From NCBI GenBank assembly GCA_963675745.2, contig CAXXWX010000022.1:1-52996 (forward strand): DNA of 52,996 nt, written 5' to 3'. Numbering within the stretch: position 1 is the first letter of the stretch; each line of letters opens with the position of its first letter. A model generated the notes under the pieces. That model ran no database searches and had not been told where the DNA came from. It worked only from the letters and a program-made list of their open reading frames with translations. Of the stretch, positions 39,040 to 48,239 are shown piece by piece. The stretch comes from Phycisphaerae bacterium. Lineage in GTDB: Bacteria; Planctomycetota; Phycisphaerae; UBA1845; Fen-1342. The position numbers and the translations under genes were made by a program.

Positions 39040-39954
39040 GTGAATCAGCATCCGCCGGAAACCCCTGAGACCGCGCCAGGCAACGAGCAGCCGGCTTTCG
39101 CGCGGCCTGCGCGCATCCCGGCCCGTATGCCCGTCGCCACGCCGCCCAGGCCCCCGGTGCGGACCATGTTGCGCGCCCCCTCGCCACTCACGCTGCCCAC
39201 CATGCGGCGAGGCGATGCCCTGCTCGATCTGGCGGTTATTCTGCTGGCGGCACTGGCCTATCCGCTCGGGATGTCTCTGGCCGCCACGCTGTTGCTCGAT
39301 ATTGACGAGTTCGGGCTGGGCGCTGATGAGACCGCGTTCCTTGTCGCGCAAAAGTGGCTCGAATGCCTGATCATCGTTGGAATCGCGGCCTACTTGTGCC
39401 TGCGACACGGGCTGCCACGTTCGTCATTCGGATTCGTGCCGGCGCGCTGGTGGAAAGAGCTGCTGTGGGCGATCGCCGCACTGGCTGGCGCCTACGCCGT
39501 GCTCATCCTGGGCGTAATCCTGCTGACGCCGGTGGTGCTGCTGTTCCCATCTCTCGCCGAGGCTTCGCAACAACAGCAGGAGCAGTTCGTGGAGATCATG
39601 CCGACCGACAACAACGCCATTGCGGCGTTTCTGTTGCTGGCCGTGGCCATTCACGAGGAAGTGCTGTTCCGCGGGCTGTTGCTGACCTACCTACGGCGCC
39701 TGCTGGGGAGCTGGGTGGCGGCCATCGCGCTGTCGTCGATGCTCTTCGGTCTGCTGCACTTCACGCAAGGGCCGCTGGTATTCGTGCCGATCACGCTGCT
39801 GGGCTGTGCGTTTTCCATCACATTCGTGCTTTCGCGCAGCCTTCTTCCGGTCATCGTCGCCCACTTCTTCTTCAACCTGATTCAGTTCCAGCTCTTCCGC
39901 CTGTTGCCGCACATTCAACAGTGGCTCGAGCAGCACGGCCAGATGGTCGAGTAG
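39040..39954 (+). CDS. CPBP/Abi (CAAX) family intramembrane glutamic protease
   Basis: EEVLFRG, FGLLH, H.FFN motifs; multiple TM helices. Confidence 0.9.
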   Translation: MNQHPPETPETAPGNEQPAFARPARIPARMPVATPPRPPVRTMLRAPSPLTLPTMRRGDALLDLAVILLAALAYPLGMSLAATLLLDIDEFGLGADETAFLVAQKWLECLIIVGIAAYLCLRHGLPRSSFGFVPARWWKELLWAIAALAGAYAVLILGVILLTPVVLLFPSLAEASQQQQEQFVEIMPTDNNAIAAFLLLAVAIHEEVLFRGLLLTYLRRLLGSWVAAIALSSMLFGLLHFTQGPLVFVPITLLGCAFSITFVLSRSLLPVIVAHFFFNLIQFQLFRLLPHIQQWLEQHGQMVE

Positions 39955-40036
39955 CCGACAACCACCCGCGGACGCAGCGCTCCAAGCTGCCGGGCTTGCG
40001 ATCCGAGTTTTGAACATCTCACGGCGGCGCGGCGCA

Positions 40037-40154
40037 CCATGTAACGGCCGGCGCCTCGCCGGCCGCCGAGCGCGGAAGCACGCTCGACGTTCGACGGCCT
40101 GCGAGGCGCAGGCGTCCGCGGTATTCGACGGCCTGCGGGGCGCAGGCCGTTACA
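40037..40154. repeat. REP family A cluster (three copies)
   Basis: 33-bp exact match 40037-40069 to 43098-43130, plus two inverted copies. Confidence 0.8.
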
Positions 40155-40215
40155 GTGCCGTTTGCGAAAACCGCCCAGCCTGCCGCTGTCGCTATAGGTG
40201 TCTCGAGTATCGCGC

Positions 40216-40731
40216 TCAGAGGCCGAGCCAATGGCGCATCAGCAGGAACAGAATGACGCCGAGGACGCTGATGAGCAACACGCGCCCCAGCACCTCCGTG
40301 GTCGCTCCTGGCGCTCGGCGGCTCGGCGGCGGTAGGTCGATCGCGGTGTCGCCGAACTGCACCTGGGCAATCAGCAGGTGCGCGTGGAAGTCCGAAAAGC
40401 CCAGCCGGCGCGCCTGCTCGATGATCTCCTGACGGCGCGAATATCGCAGCAACCCATCCTCGAGCGAAGCCGCGATCAGACGGCGCATGCGGGTCAGCGC
40501 ATCACGCGTGCCCGCTTGCCCATCCATGTAACGCCGCTGCGCGTCCGGATCGACCAGGGTCTGGTAGGCGATGTGTAATTCGTCAAGTTGGCGGCGCGAT
40601 TCGTAGTGTGTCGCCGGTTGGTGCAACGCGGCCAGCAGCCGCGCGCGCTGCTTTTCAAAGCGGCGCTGGACGGTGTCCGGCTTGTAGATGCCGGGCGTCA
40701 ATCCCAGGATGGCGAAACAATCGCGGGCCAT
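40216..40731 (-). CDS. Degenerate J-domain-like protein with C-terminal membrane anchor
   Basis: D.FAILGL...AYQTL.DP..RRY J-like ends but no HPD; C-terminal TM helix. Confidence 0.65.
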   Translation of the reverse strand: MARDCFAILGLTPGIYKPDTVQRRFEKQRARLLAALHQPATHYESRRQLDELHIAYQTLVDPDAQRRYMDGQAGTRDALTRMRRLIAASLEDGLLRYSRRQEIIEQARRLGFSDFHAHLLIAQVQFGDTAIDLPPPSRRAPGATTEVLGRVLLISVLGVILFLLMRHWLGL

Positions 40732-40950
40732 TGATTCCTCTCACCCAACGATAGCGTCCAGGCAACGCCAAAAGCAACGACGCTTCCGTCGCACCGCCAA
40801 CGTGATTTTACCGTGTAAGGACCGCATAACCGCGGAACTCTACGCACGCGCGGCGGCGCGATGTGTTATCGCACGTTGCGGCAACCGCGACGCGCGCAAA
40901 AACCGCCCGCCGCCACAATTCCACGCCCACCACCCCCCATCCACCTCCCC

Positions 40951-41028
40951 GCCTCCTTGCCTAGCTGCCTGGTTGCCTCGCTGCCTAGTTGCCTGGTTGC
41001 CTTGCTGCCTGGTTGCCTCCTCCCCCCC
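40951..41028 (+). repeat. Octamer tandem repeats (GCCTnGyT)
   Basis: ttgcctagctgcctggttgcctcgctgcctagttgcctggttgccttgctgcctggttgcctcctccccccc. Confidence 0.8.
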
Positions 41029-41029
41029 G

Positions 41030-41057
41030 TTGCCCGCTTCCGATTTCCCGCTATAGT
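41030..41057 (+). promoter_or_regulatory. Sigma70-type promoter of tRNA-Cys
   Basis: TTGCCC-16 bp-TATAGT, about 30 nt upstream of the tRNA. Confidence 0.55.
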
Positions 41058-41087
41058 AATGTGGTGCTCGACGCGTATGAGCGCGCC

Positions 41088-41161
41088 GGCGGCGTACCCA
41101 AGTGGACTAAGGGGACGGATTGCAAATCCGTTATGCGCGGGTTCGAATCCCGCCGCCGCCT
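41088..41161 (+). tRNA. tRNA-Cys(GCA), CCA not encoded
   Basis: Acceptor GGCGGCG/CGCCGCC with U discriminator, anticodon arm ACGGA-TTGCAAA-TCCGT, T arm GCGGG-TTCGAAT-CCCGC. Confidence 0.97.
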
Positions 41162-41295
41162 TTCGCCAATCCCCCCCGTGAAACCGAGTCGAATCCGCTC
41201 TCGCTGTCGCGATCCGCAGTTGGCATCGGGCCACGCGCAGGTGGAGCTTGCGCGCGGCGGGCGGTTGGCGTATACTGGCCGCCGTGGAGCAGGCT

Positions 41296-41496
41296 ATGCA
41301 GATCCAGATCAACGGTCAGCCGAAGCAACTGGAGCAGCCGCTGACCGTCAGTGAGTTGCTGAATACGCTCGAACTGACGCCGCAGCGCGTCGCCGTCGAG
41401 GTTAACGAAAACCTGGTCAAGCGCGCGTGCTTCGACCAGACGAGTCTTGCCGATGGCGACCGCGTCGAGATTGTGACACTGGTTGGAGGTGGATGA
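41296..41496 (+). CDS. thiS: Sulfur carrier protein ThiS
   Basis: M.I.INGQ...VAVEVN...[14 protein letters not shown]-terminus; adjacent to thiG. Confidence 0.95.
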   Translation: MQIQINGQPKQLEQPLTVSELLNTLELTPQRVAVEVNENLVKRACFDQTSLADGDRVEIVTLVGGG

Positions 41497-42335
41497 TGGA
41501 CATTCCGCCGCTGAAAATCGCGGATTTCATGATCAAATCACGGCTGTTTGTGGGCACGGGCAAATATCTGCGCGACGGCCAGCCGGACTATGAGCTGATG
41601 CGCGACGCGCTGGACGCCTCGGGTGCACAGGTGGTCACCGTCGCCGTTCGGCGTGAGCGTCTGTTCGACAAGCAAGGGCGCAACCTGCTCGACTTCCTGG
41701 ATACCAGGCGTTACACGATTCTGCCGAACACCGCCGGCTGCTTCAGCGCGGATGACGCGGTGCGGGCCGCCCGATTGGGGCGTGAACTGCTCGAAGGAAT
41801 CGAGAATCCCGGGGCGCGCTGGGTGAAACTGGAAGTGCTCGGCGACCGCAAGACGCTGCTGCCTGACCCGATCGAGACGCTCAAAGCCGCCGAGACACTC
41901 ATCGGCGAGGGCCTGATTGTCCTGGCGTACGCCAATGACGATCCGATCCTGTGCCAGAGGCTCAAGGCGGCCGGCTGCGCCAGCGTTATGCCGTTGGGCT
42001 CGCCGATCGGTTGCGGCCAGGGCATTCTCAACGCCAACAACATCCGCATCATCCTGGAACAGCTCAAGGCCGACGACCCGCAGTTCCCGGTGATTGTGGA
42101 TGCCGGCGTGGGGACGGCGTCGGATGTGGCGATCGCGATGGAACTCGGCGCCGACGGCGTGCTGCTCAACACCGGGATCGCCGGCGCGCGCGACGCCGTC
42201 ATGATGGCCCACGCCATGCGGCACGCGCTCGATGCTGGCTACCACGCATTCCGCGCCGGCCGCATTCAGCGCAAGCTGTACGCCAGCGCGTCGTCACCAC
42301 TCGAGGGCCTGATCGCCGCCACGACGGCCAGGTAA
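41493..42335 (+). CDS. thiG: Thiazole synthase ThiG
   Basis: [48 protein letters not shown] overlap with thiS. Confidence 0.97.
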   Translation: MMDIPPLKIADFMIKSRLFVGTGKYLRDGQPDYELMRDALDASGAQVVTVAVRRERLFDKQGRNLLDFLDTRRYTILPNTAGCFSADDAVRAARLGRELLEGIENPGARWVKLEVLGDRKTLLPDPIETLKAAETLIGEGLIVLAYANDDPILCQRLKAAGCASVMPLGSPIGCGQGILNANNIRIILEQLKADDPQFPVIVDAGVGTASDVAIAMELGADGVLLNTGIAGARDAVMMAHAMRHALDAGYHAFRAGRIQRKLYASASSPLEGLIAATTAR

Positions 42336-42359
42336 CGCGTCTTCCCGGAGGGTCCGCGG

Positions 42360-42890
42360 ATGGACTCAACAGGCGAGGAAGTTCTCAGCGAGAAGCTGGC
42401 CGTCACCGACGAAGGGCAGCCCCTGTGCCCGGTCGACCGGCTGCCCACGCGCCGGCGGAACAAGATCTGCATCGCCATCATCGCGTTCGGCCTGCTCAAC
42501 TTCGTGGTCTACACGCTCAGCTATGCGATTCTCGGCGGCGATGCCCACAACGGACAGCGAATGATGGTCGAACGCGCCGATGGAACCCTCGAGGCGGCGT
42601 TTTTTGTCCGGGGTCATTTCATCCGCACGCTTTCAGGCCACGAGCGCGAGGTCAGCGCGCCGGTCTGGATCTACAGCTACCTGCACTCGATCCTCGTCCC
42701 GCTGACGTCCGCGGCGATGATCATCAGCATGCTGGTGCTGGCGCGGCCGCACATCATCGCCACCATGCGCAACGGGTGGATCAGCGGGCGCACGTTCATC
42801 GTGGCGTTCGGGACCGTGGTGATTCTGGTAAGCCTGTCCGTCACGGTGATCTTCACGGCGGATTTCATCATCCAATTAACCGCAATATAG
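42360..42890 (+). CDS. Hypothetical membrane protein (about 3 TM)
   Basis: GGAGG RBS, three hydrophobic stretches, co-directional with thiG. Confidence 0.7.
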   Translation: MDSTGEEVLSEKLAVTDEGQPLCPVDRLPTRRRNKICIAIIAFGLLNFVVYTLSYAILGGDAHNGQRMMVERADGTLEAAFFVRGHFIRTLSGHEREVSAPVWIYSYLHSILVPLTSAAMIISMLVLARPHIIATMRNGWISGRTFIVAFGTVVILVSLSVTVIFTADFIIQLTAI

Positions 42891-42914
42891 CGCAAGAACC
42901 AACGACCAAACGCA

Positions 42915-43260
42915 AAACCGTAGCGTCCGACCCCCGAGTCGGACGTTCACGCTGGTGCGCGATCCGTGACACTGGTGCGAGATTCCCATCTCGCGCCCAC
43001 CCCCGCGGGAATCCCTTCCCGCAAGTCCGCCGCGCGCTGGTACAAGCACGGCTCACAGAGCCGTGGCACGCGCCGCCGTGTTACGGCCGGACCACCGCCA
43101 TGTAACGGCCGGCGCCTCGCCGGCCGCCGAACATCGAAAACGCCCCCTCGCGCCGACGGCCTGCGAGGCGGGTGCCACGCCGACGGCCGTTCGCGTCGGC
43201 GTGCCCGCTGGTGCGAGATGCGCTCAACGGCCGGTTTCGCTGGGCTCGACATGCCCTACC
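42915..43260. repeat. Mosaic REP cluster (families B, C, A, GGGTG-type, GTAG-type)
   Basis: At least five hairpin types, each also present elsewhere in the window. Confidence 0.75.
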
Positions 43261-43342
43261 CACTGCCACGGGCATCCCCTCCCGCGAAGCCGCCGCTCAC
43301 GGATAACCGACCCAGCCCCCATCGCAATTCACTATTCTCCAT

Positions 43343-45646
43343 TCACCGTCGCCGCGGAATCCGAATCACGCGCCCCTCCAACTCCGGCGGCACGCGCACC
43401 TCCCGCCCGGCGTCGATGTAGACCCGGACCTTCGGCAACCCGCGCAGCGGCGTCAGGTCCGTCACGCCCGTCTGATTCAGCCAGAGCTCCTGCAACCCGG
43501 TCAGCCCCGCCAGCGGCGTCAGGTCCGTCACGCCCGTCTGACTCAGGCGGAGCCCCTGCAACCCTGTCAGCCCGGCCAGCGGCGTCAGGTCCGTCACGCC
43601 CGTCTGATTCAGCCAGAGCCACTGCAACGCCGTCAGCCCCGCCAGCGGCGTCAGGTCCGTCACGCCCGTCTGATTCAGCCAGAGCTCCTGCAACCCGGTT
43701 AACCCCGCCAACGGCGTCAGGTCCGTCACGCCCGTCTGATTCAGGTAGAGCCGCTGCAACGCCGTCAGCCCCGACAGCGGCGTCAGGTCTGCGACTTCCA
43801 CATTACCACTCAGATCGAGCGCCGCCAACTGCTGCACATCCGCTTCGGTCAGCTCCGCAAGGGGCTTGTCGAGCTGACGGGCAACGGCTACCGCCAGCGC
43901 GTGCGGCCAGTCGCCGGGCGGTATCGGGCCGCCTCGCGGCGTGACGCCGCCCTTCCCCTCACCGCCTTCATCCGCCGGTGGAGGACGCCGAGGACTCGCC
44001 GCCTTGTCGGAAGCGGGAGGAGTGACGGCACACGCAGCGGCCACGTCGTGGCTGAACGGAATGTGCATCAGCTCCCAGAGGTGCTTGTCCGCCAGGAGTT
44101 GTTTCACCGGCTCCTTGGCGCGCAGCTCAGCGTACTCCTTCGTTTCAGGTGCCGCGGCTTCAGCCCCGCTGGTGGAGTCCGCTTGTTTGAAGTAACGCTC
44201 CTTCCGCGCAGACGCCTCGTCCTGCTGAAGTACGTTCACGCCGACGGCGTCGTCGGATTGCGCGTCGCGAGTGGTGGCATCACACCCGTCCTGCTCCCAC
44301 GGCTTGAAGTCCGGGTACTTCCGGACGAACTCCGACCAGGAAACGAAGAACTCCTGCACATCATCGCGCAGCAGCAGGTCTTCGCGCTCCAGCCCGCGCC
44401 ACAGGAACCGTTGCACCAGGAAGATCTGCGCCCCCTGCGCGAAACGCAACGCGCGGCGTTGCTCCGCGTTGCCCTTTGCCTTTGGATCGAGCTTGTCATT
44501 CTCCGCCGCCGCCCACGCCCGCAGCAGGACGCTGTTAAGCATGCGCTTGATCTCGCGCGGGTTGTCGCGGCCGAGGACGGCGATCTTCGACTCGATGATC
44601 TCACGGTTCCGGCCATCGACGTCGGGCGACGAGGCATCCAGCAGCCTGCCCCACTTGTACTCCGATGCCTTGTCCAACTCCCCAATCTGCGCCGTTAGAA
44701 ACTCGCGCGCCTCAGCCTGCGTTGGCGGTATGTCGACCTGCACCTGGAACATCTTCCCCAGGTACTCACGGCTCTTCTCCTCGCTGACACCGTATTTGGC
44801 GTGCTCAGTGCGCACCACCGCTTCTAGCACGGCACGGTCGAGCCCGACGACGAACACCAAACCAGGGATGTTCAAGTAGAGCTTCAGCGCTTCGAGCACC
44901 TGAAGGGACACGGCCGGCAGACATCGGTCGAGGTCGTCGATCAGCAAGGCCAGCCGCCGCGGCGTGCCGCGCTTGACCGTCTGCGGAAAGAACTCCTCAA
45001 CCCAGGTCTTCAGCGCCCCCTCGAACTCGTTGAGATAGGGTGTGTGCGGCTTGCGAACCTTGCGCAGCTCGTCGAGCACCGCCGTGAATGCTTCGCCGCT
45101 GATTTCCCCACCAACACTGGCCGTGTTCTTGTCGCCGAGGTTGGCTTTGATCTTGATCCGCGCCAGCGCTGCGAGGAACGGCCGGCCGACATATGCACCA
45201 AACTGCCGCGCGGCGCGTTCGATGTACTGGAGCTTGGTCTCCGGCTTGGGCCGGCCGACCTCCAGACACGCCAGAATGACCTCGGCGATAAGGCCGCGCC
45301 AGACGTCCTCACGCGTCTGGTATTTCCACGGGTCGAACCACACTGTCTCGATCGCGGCGTGCCCCTCGCGCTTCTTCTCGTCTTGTTGGCTCCACTGCCG
45401 CAACCGGTCGCTAAGCCAGCGCATCGCCGAGCTTTTGCCTGTACCCCAGCCGCCAAAGACCGCCACGGCGATCGGTGTTTGCGTACTCTTGTTGCGCAGA
45501 ATGTCGAACACCGCGGCCAGCTTGGGCGGGAGGTCGAGCCGATCATCCTCGCGCCGGTCGCCGTGCAGGATCGCGTGATCCGCAAGAATCGTCATCTCCG
45601 GCGGTTTCAGCGGCGACCATTTCCGCGTATCGGAATCCGTTGGCAT
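43343..45646 (-). CDS. KAP-family P-loop NTPase with C-terminal internalin-like leucine-rich repeats
   Basis: Walker A GGWGTGKS, FDPWKY, Walker B LLIDDLDRC, EYL.KMFQ, NPREIKR.LN; 22-aa LRRs LTPLAGLTGLQELWLNQTGVTD. Confidence 0.9.
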   Translation of the reverse strand: MPTDSDTRKWSPLKPPEMTILADHAILHGDRREDDRLDLPPKLAAVFDILRNKSTQTPIAVAVFGGWGTGKSSAMRWLSDRLRQWSQQDEKKREGHAAIETVWFDPWKYQTREDVWRGLIAEVILACLEVGRPKPETKLQYIERAARQFGAYVGRPFLAALARIKIKANLGDKNTASVGGEISGEAFTAVLDELRKVRKPHTPYLNEFEGALKTWVEEFFPQTVKRGTPRRLALLIDDLDRCLPAVSLQVLEALKLYLNIPGLVFVVGLDRAVLEAVVRTEHAKYGVSEEKSREYLGKMFQVQVDIPPTQAEAREFLTAQIGELDKASEYKWGRLLDASSPDVDGRNREIIESKIAVLGRDNPREIKRMLNSVLLRAWAAAENDKLDPKAKGNAEQRRALRFAQGAQIFLVQRFLWRGLEREDLLLRDDVQEFFVSWSEFVRKYPDFKPWEQDGCDATTRDAQSDDAVGVNVLQQDEASARKERYFKQADSTSGAEAAAPETKEYAELRAKEPVKQLLADKHLWELMHIPFSHDVAAACAVTPPASDKAASPRRPPPADEGGEGKGGVTPRGGPIPPGDWPHALAVAVARQLDKPLAELTEADVQQLAALDLSGNVEVADLTPLSGLTALQRLYLNQTGVTDLTPLAGLTGLQELWLNQTGVTDLTPLAGLTALQWLWLNQTGVTDLTPLAGLTGLQGLRLSQTGVTDLTPLAGLTGLQELWLNQTGVTDLTPLRGLPKVRVYIDAGREVRVPPELEGRVIRIPRRR
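43445..43789 (-). repeat. 66-bp coding tandem repeat (5 full units + partial) encoding LRRs
   Basis: Units start at 43445, 43511, 43577, 43643, 43709 and 43775. Confidence 0.95.
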
Positions 45647-45972
45647 GATCAACCCCGCTTGCAGCATTGCCCGCACGCCGACGCGAACGGCCGTCGGCGT
45701 GGCACCCAGGCACCCTCGATGTGCGATCGGGTCCACCCCGGGCACTCGTGCTGGTATCCTACCGGGCCTGTCGTCGCGCGGCAAAGCGTGGACGCCTTCG
45801 GCGGCAGGTTTCGCTGCGCTCGACCTACCCTATTACCCCACTCGACCCGCCTTACGTCCATGGGTGGCGTGCCGACGGCTGCTTGCGTCGGCATGCGACC
45901 ATCCCCCGAGTTGACATCCCAGCGCCGGCGTGCTTTGCTAGACGGCTCCACGTCAACGAAAGGAGCATACCG

Positions 45973-47091
45973 ATGATCGACCCGCGTTGGACCAGGCTCG
46001 CCGAGACGCTTGTCAGCTATTCCTGCGGCGTCAAGCCGGGCGAGAAAATCCTGTTTGAGATGATCGACATCCCGCACGAGTTCTCGTGCGAGTGTGTGCG
46101 TGTGGCCCATGCCGCCGGCGCGCGGCCGCTGGTGCTGCTCAAGAGCAAGCTGATCGATCGGGCGCTGATGCTGGCCGGCTCGCAGGAGCAGTGGGATCTC
46201 GCCGCCGACGTTGAAAAGCTGCGGATGGAGAACGTGCAGTGTTATGTCGGCGTGCGCGGGACCAACAACGTCTCGGAGTCGTCCGACGTGCCCGCCGACA
46301 AGCAGAAGCTCTACGAATCAACGGTCTGGAAGCGCGTACACGCCGATGTGCGCGTCAAGCACACGCGCTGGGTCGTGCTGCGCTGGCCCAACCCCAGCAT
46401 GGCCCAGCTCGCGCAGATGTCGACGCCGGCGTTTGAGGACTTTTACTTCGACGTCTGCACGATGGACTATGCCAAGATGGCCGCCGCGCTGGAGCCGCTC
46501 AAAGCGCGCATGCAGCGCACCGACAAGGTCCGCCTGCTCGGTCCCGGCGACACCGACCTCACCTTTTCGATCAAGGGCATCCCCGCCGTCCCCTGTGCCG
46601 GGCATCTGAACATCCCCGACGGCGAAATCTTCACCGCGCCCGTGCGCGACAGCGTCAACGGCGTTATCCACTACAACACGCCCAACCTCCAGCGCGGCAT
46701 CACGCACGAGAACATCCGCTTTGTCTGCATAGCCGGCAAGATCGTCGAGGCCACCAGCTCCAGCAACGAGAAGATCAACGAATTGCTCGACACCGACGAG
46801 GGCGCACGCTATTTCGGCGAGTTCGCCATCGGCGTAAACCCCTACATCAACCACCCGATGAAAGACGCGCTTTTCGACGAGAAGATCGCCGGCAGCATTC
46901 ACCTGACCCCCGGCCGCTGCTATGACGAGGCCCCCAACGGCAACGACAGCGAACTGCACTGGGACATCACGCTGATCCAGACGCCCGAGTATGGCGGCGG
47001 TAAAATCTACTTCGATGATGAGCTGGTGCGTGAAGACGGGCTGTTTATCGTCGACGACCTGAAAGCGCTGAATCCGGACCAACTGAAATAG
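45973..47091 (+). CDS. M29 family aminopeptidase (AmpS/aminopeptidase T-like)
   Basis: AGGAG RBS; NIPDGEIFTAP, GEFAIG.N, LFDEKIAGSIHL..G..Y, N.S.LHWD. Confidence 0.92.
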   Translation: MIDPRWTRLAETLVSYSCGVKPGEKILFEMIDIPHEFSCECVRVAHAAGARPLVLLKSKLIDRALMLAGSQEQWDLAADVEKLRMENVQCYVGVRGTNNVSESSDVPADKQKLYESTVWKRVHADVRVKHTRWVVLRWPNPSMAQLAQMSTPAFEDFYFDVCTMDYAKMAAALEPLKARMQRTDKVRLLGPGDTDLTFSIKGIPAVPCAGHLNIPDGEIFTAPVRDSVNGVIHYNTPNLQRGITHENIRFVCIAGKIVEATSSSNEKINELLDTDEGARYFGEFAIGVNPYINHPMKDALFDEKIAGSIHLTPGRCYDEAPNGNDSELHWDITLIQTPEYGGGKIYFDDELVREDGLFIVDDLKALNPDQLK

Positions 47092-47180
47092 AGGGGCCAT
47101 ACATAGCCGGGTGGCACAGGCGTCTCGCCAGTGGCGACCTCCGGCGAGACGCCTCTACCGCCGCCCTTCTGAGAGATGTC

Positions 47181-47846
47181 ATGTCAACACGAACGATCAA
47201 CCTCACCGACGAGATTGTGGACTATCTCATCAACGTCACTGTGCGCGAGCCGGAATTGCTCGCGCGGCTGCGCGCCGAGACGGCCGAACACCCCGATGGG
47301 CAAATGCAGATCTCAGCGGAGCAGGGGCAGTTCATGCGCCTGCTGATCGAGATCACCGGTGCCTATCGCGCGATCGAGATTGGCACGTTTACCGGCTATA
47401 GCGCGCTGTGTGTCGCCCTGGCGCTGCCGCCGGAGGGCGAGCTGATCGCCTGCGACGTCAGCGAAGAGTACACGGCGATCGCCCGGCGTTACTGGCAGGA
47501 AGCCGGCGTGGCCGACAAGATCGACCTGCGCATCGCCCCGGCGCTCGAGACAATCGACGCGCTGCTGGCCGAGGGTCAGGCCGAGTCGTTCGATTTCGCG
47601 TTTATCGACGCGGACAAGACCAACGGCGACAACTACTACGAGCGGTGTTTAAAGCTGCTGCGCACCGGTGGTCTGGTGGCGATCGATAACGCCCTGTCCG
47701 CCGGTCGGGTCGTGAAGCCCACCGACGCCGAGAGCCCGGTCCCCGGCATGATGGACGCGCTCAACCGCAAGATCAGCACCGACGACCGCGTCACGTCGAG
47801 CCTGGTGCCGATCGGCGATGGGCTGATGATTGCGCGGAAGAGGTAG
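47181..47846 (+). CDS. Class I SAM-dependent O-methyltransferase (caffeoyl-CoA OMT-like)
   Basis: MQIS.EQG, IEIGTFTGYS, FDFAFIDADK, DNAL, PIGDGL. Confidence 0.92.
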   Translation: MSTRTINLTDEIVDYLINVTVREPELLARLRAETAEHPDGQMQISAEQGQFMRLLIEITGAYRAIEIGTFTGYSALCVALALPPEGELIACDVSEEYTAIARRYWQEAGVADKIDLRIAPALETIDALLAEGQAESFDFAFIDADKTNGDNYYERCLKLLRTGGLVAIDNALSAGRVVKPTDAESPVPGMMDALNRKISTDDRVTSSLVPIGDGLMIARKR

Positions 47847-47849
47847 GGA

Positions 47850-48113
47850 GAGGGCAGAGGCCAAAGGCCAGAGGCCAGTGGGCAGTGGGCAGTGGGCAGT
47901 GGGCAGAGGTTAGAGGTTAGAAGGCAACGAGGCAACGAGGCAAAAGGGCAGATGGGGTGGCACAGGCGTCTCGCCTGTGGTTGAAGACGCTGGCTTCGAG
48001 GGGCAGTTGTCAGTTCTCAGCAATCAGGCCTTGTGGGACCGGCCTCCGGCCGGTCAGTGGCTGTTGTTTCTTGTCCTGAAAACTGAACACTGAACACTGA
48101 ACACTGAAAACTA
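47850..48113. repeat. Tandem hepta/octamer arrays with embedded REPs
   Basis: (GGGCAGT)n, (GGTTAGA)n, (GGCAACGA)n, (CTGAACA)n; GGGTGGCACAGGCGTCTCGCC (also 47109); GTGGGACCGGCCTCCGGCCGGTC. Confidence 0.75.
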
Positions 48114-48239
48114 ATTCCGCTTGTGACGCACCTCCTCATTCAATAGCATGGCTTATACGCCTCTGCTCCCAGCGGGCACCGAGGCAGGGCCACAATGCCA
48201 GATGGGGGCCGGGGATCGTAAGCCAGCCGAGGGCGGCAT

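Noticed and set aside
41088..41161. tRNA-Cys as an island integration site
   Set aside because: No duplicated tRNA 3' end or integrase was seen; housekeeping thiS-thiG follow directly.
41162..41295. TPP riboswitch before thiS-thiG
   Set aside because: No CTGAGA / thi-box core motifs were found in this gap.
43445..43789. Regularly spaced repeats resembling a CRISPR array
   Set aside because: The 66-bp period is in-frame LRR coding sequence, there are no unique spacers and no cas genes.
43343..45646. DGR-type diversification of the LRRs
   Set aside because: No reverse transcriptase or template repeat is in the window, and the changes are not adenine-specific.
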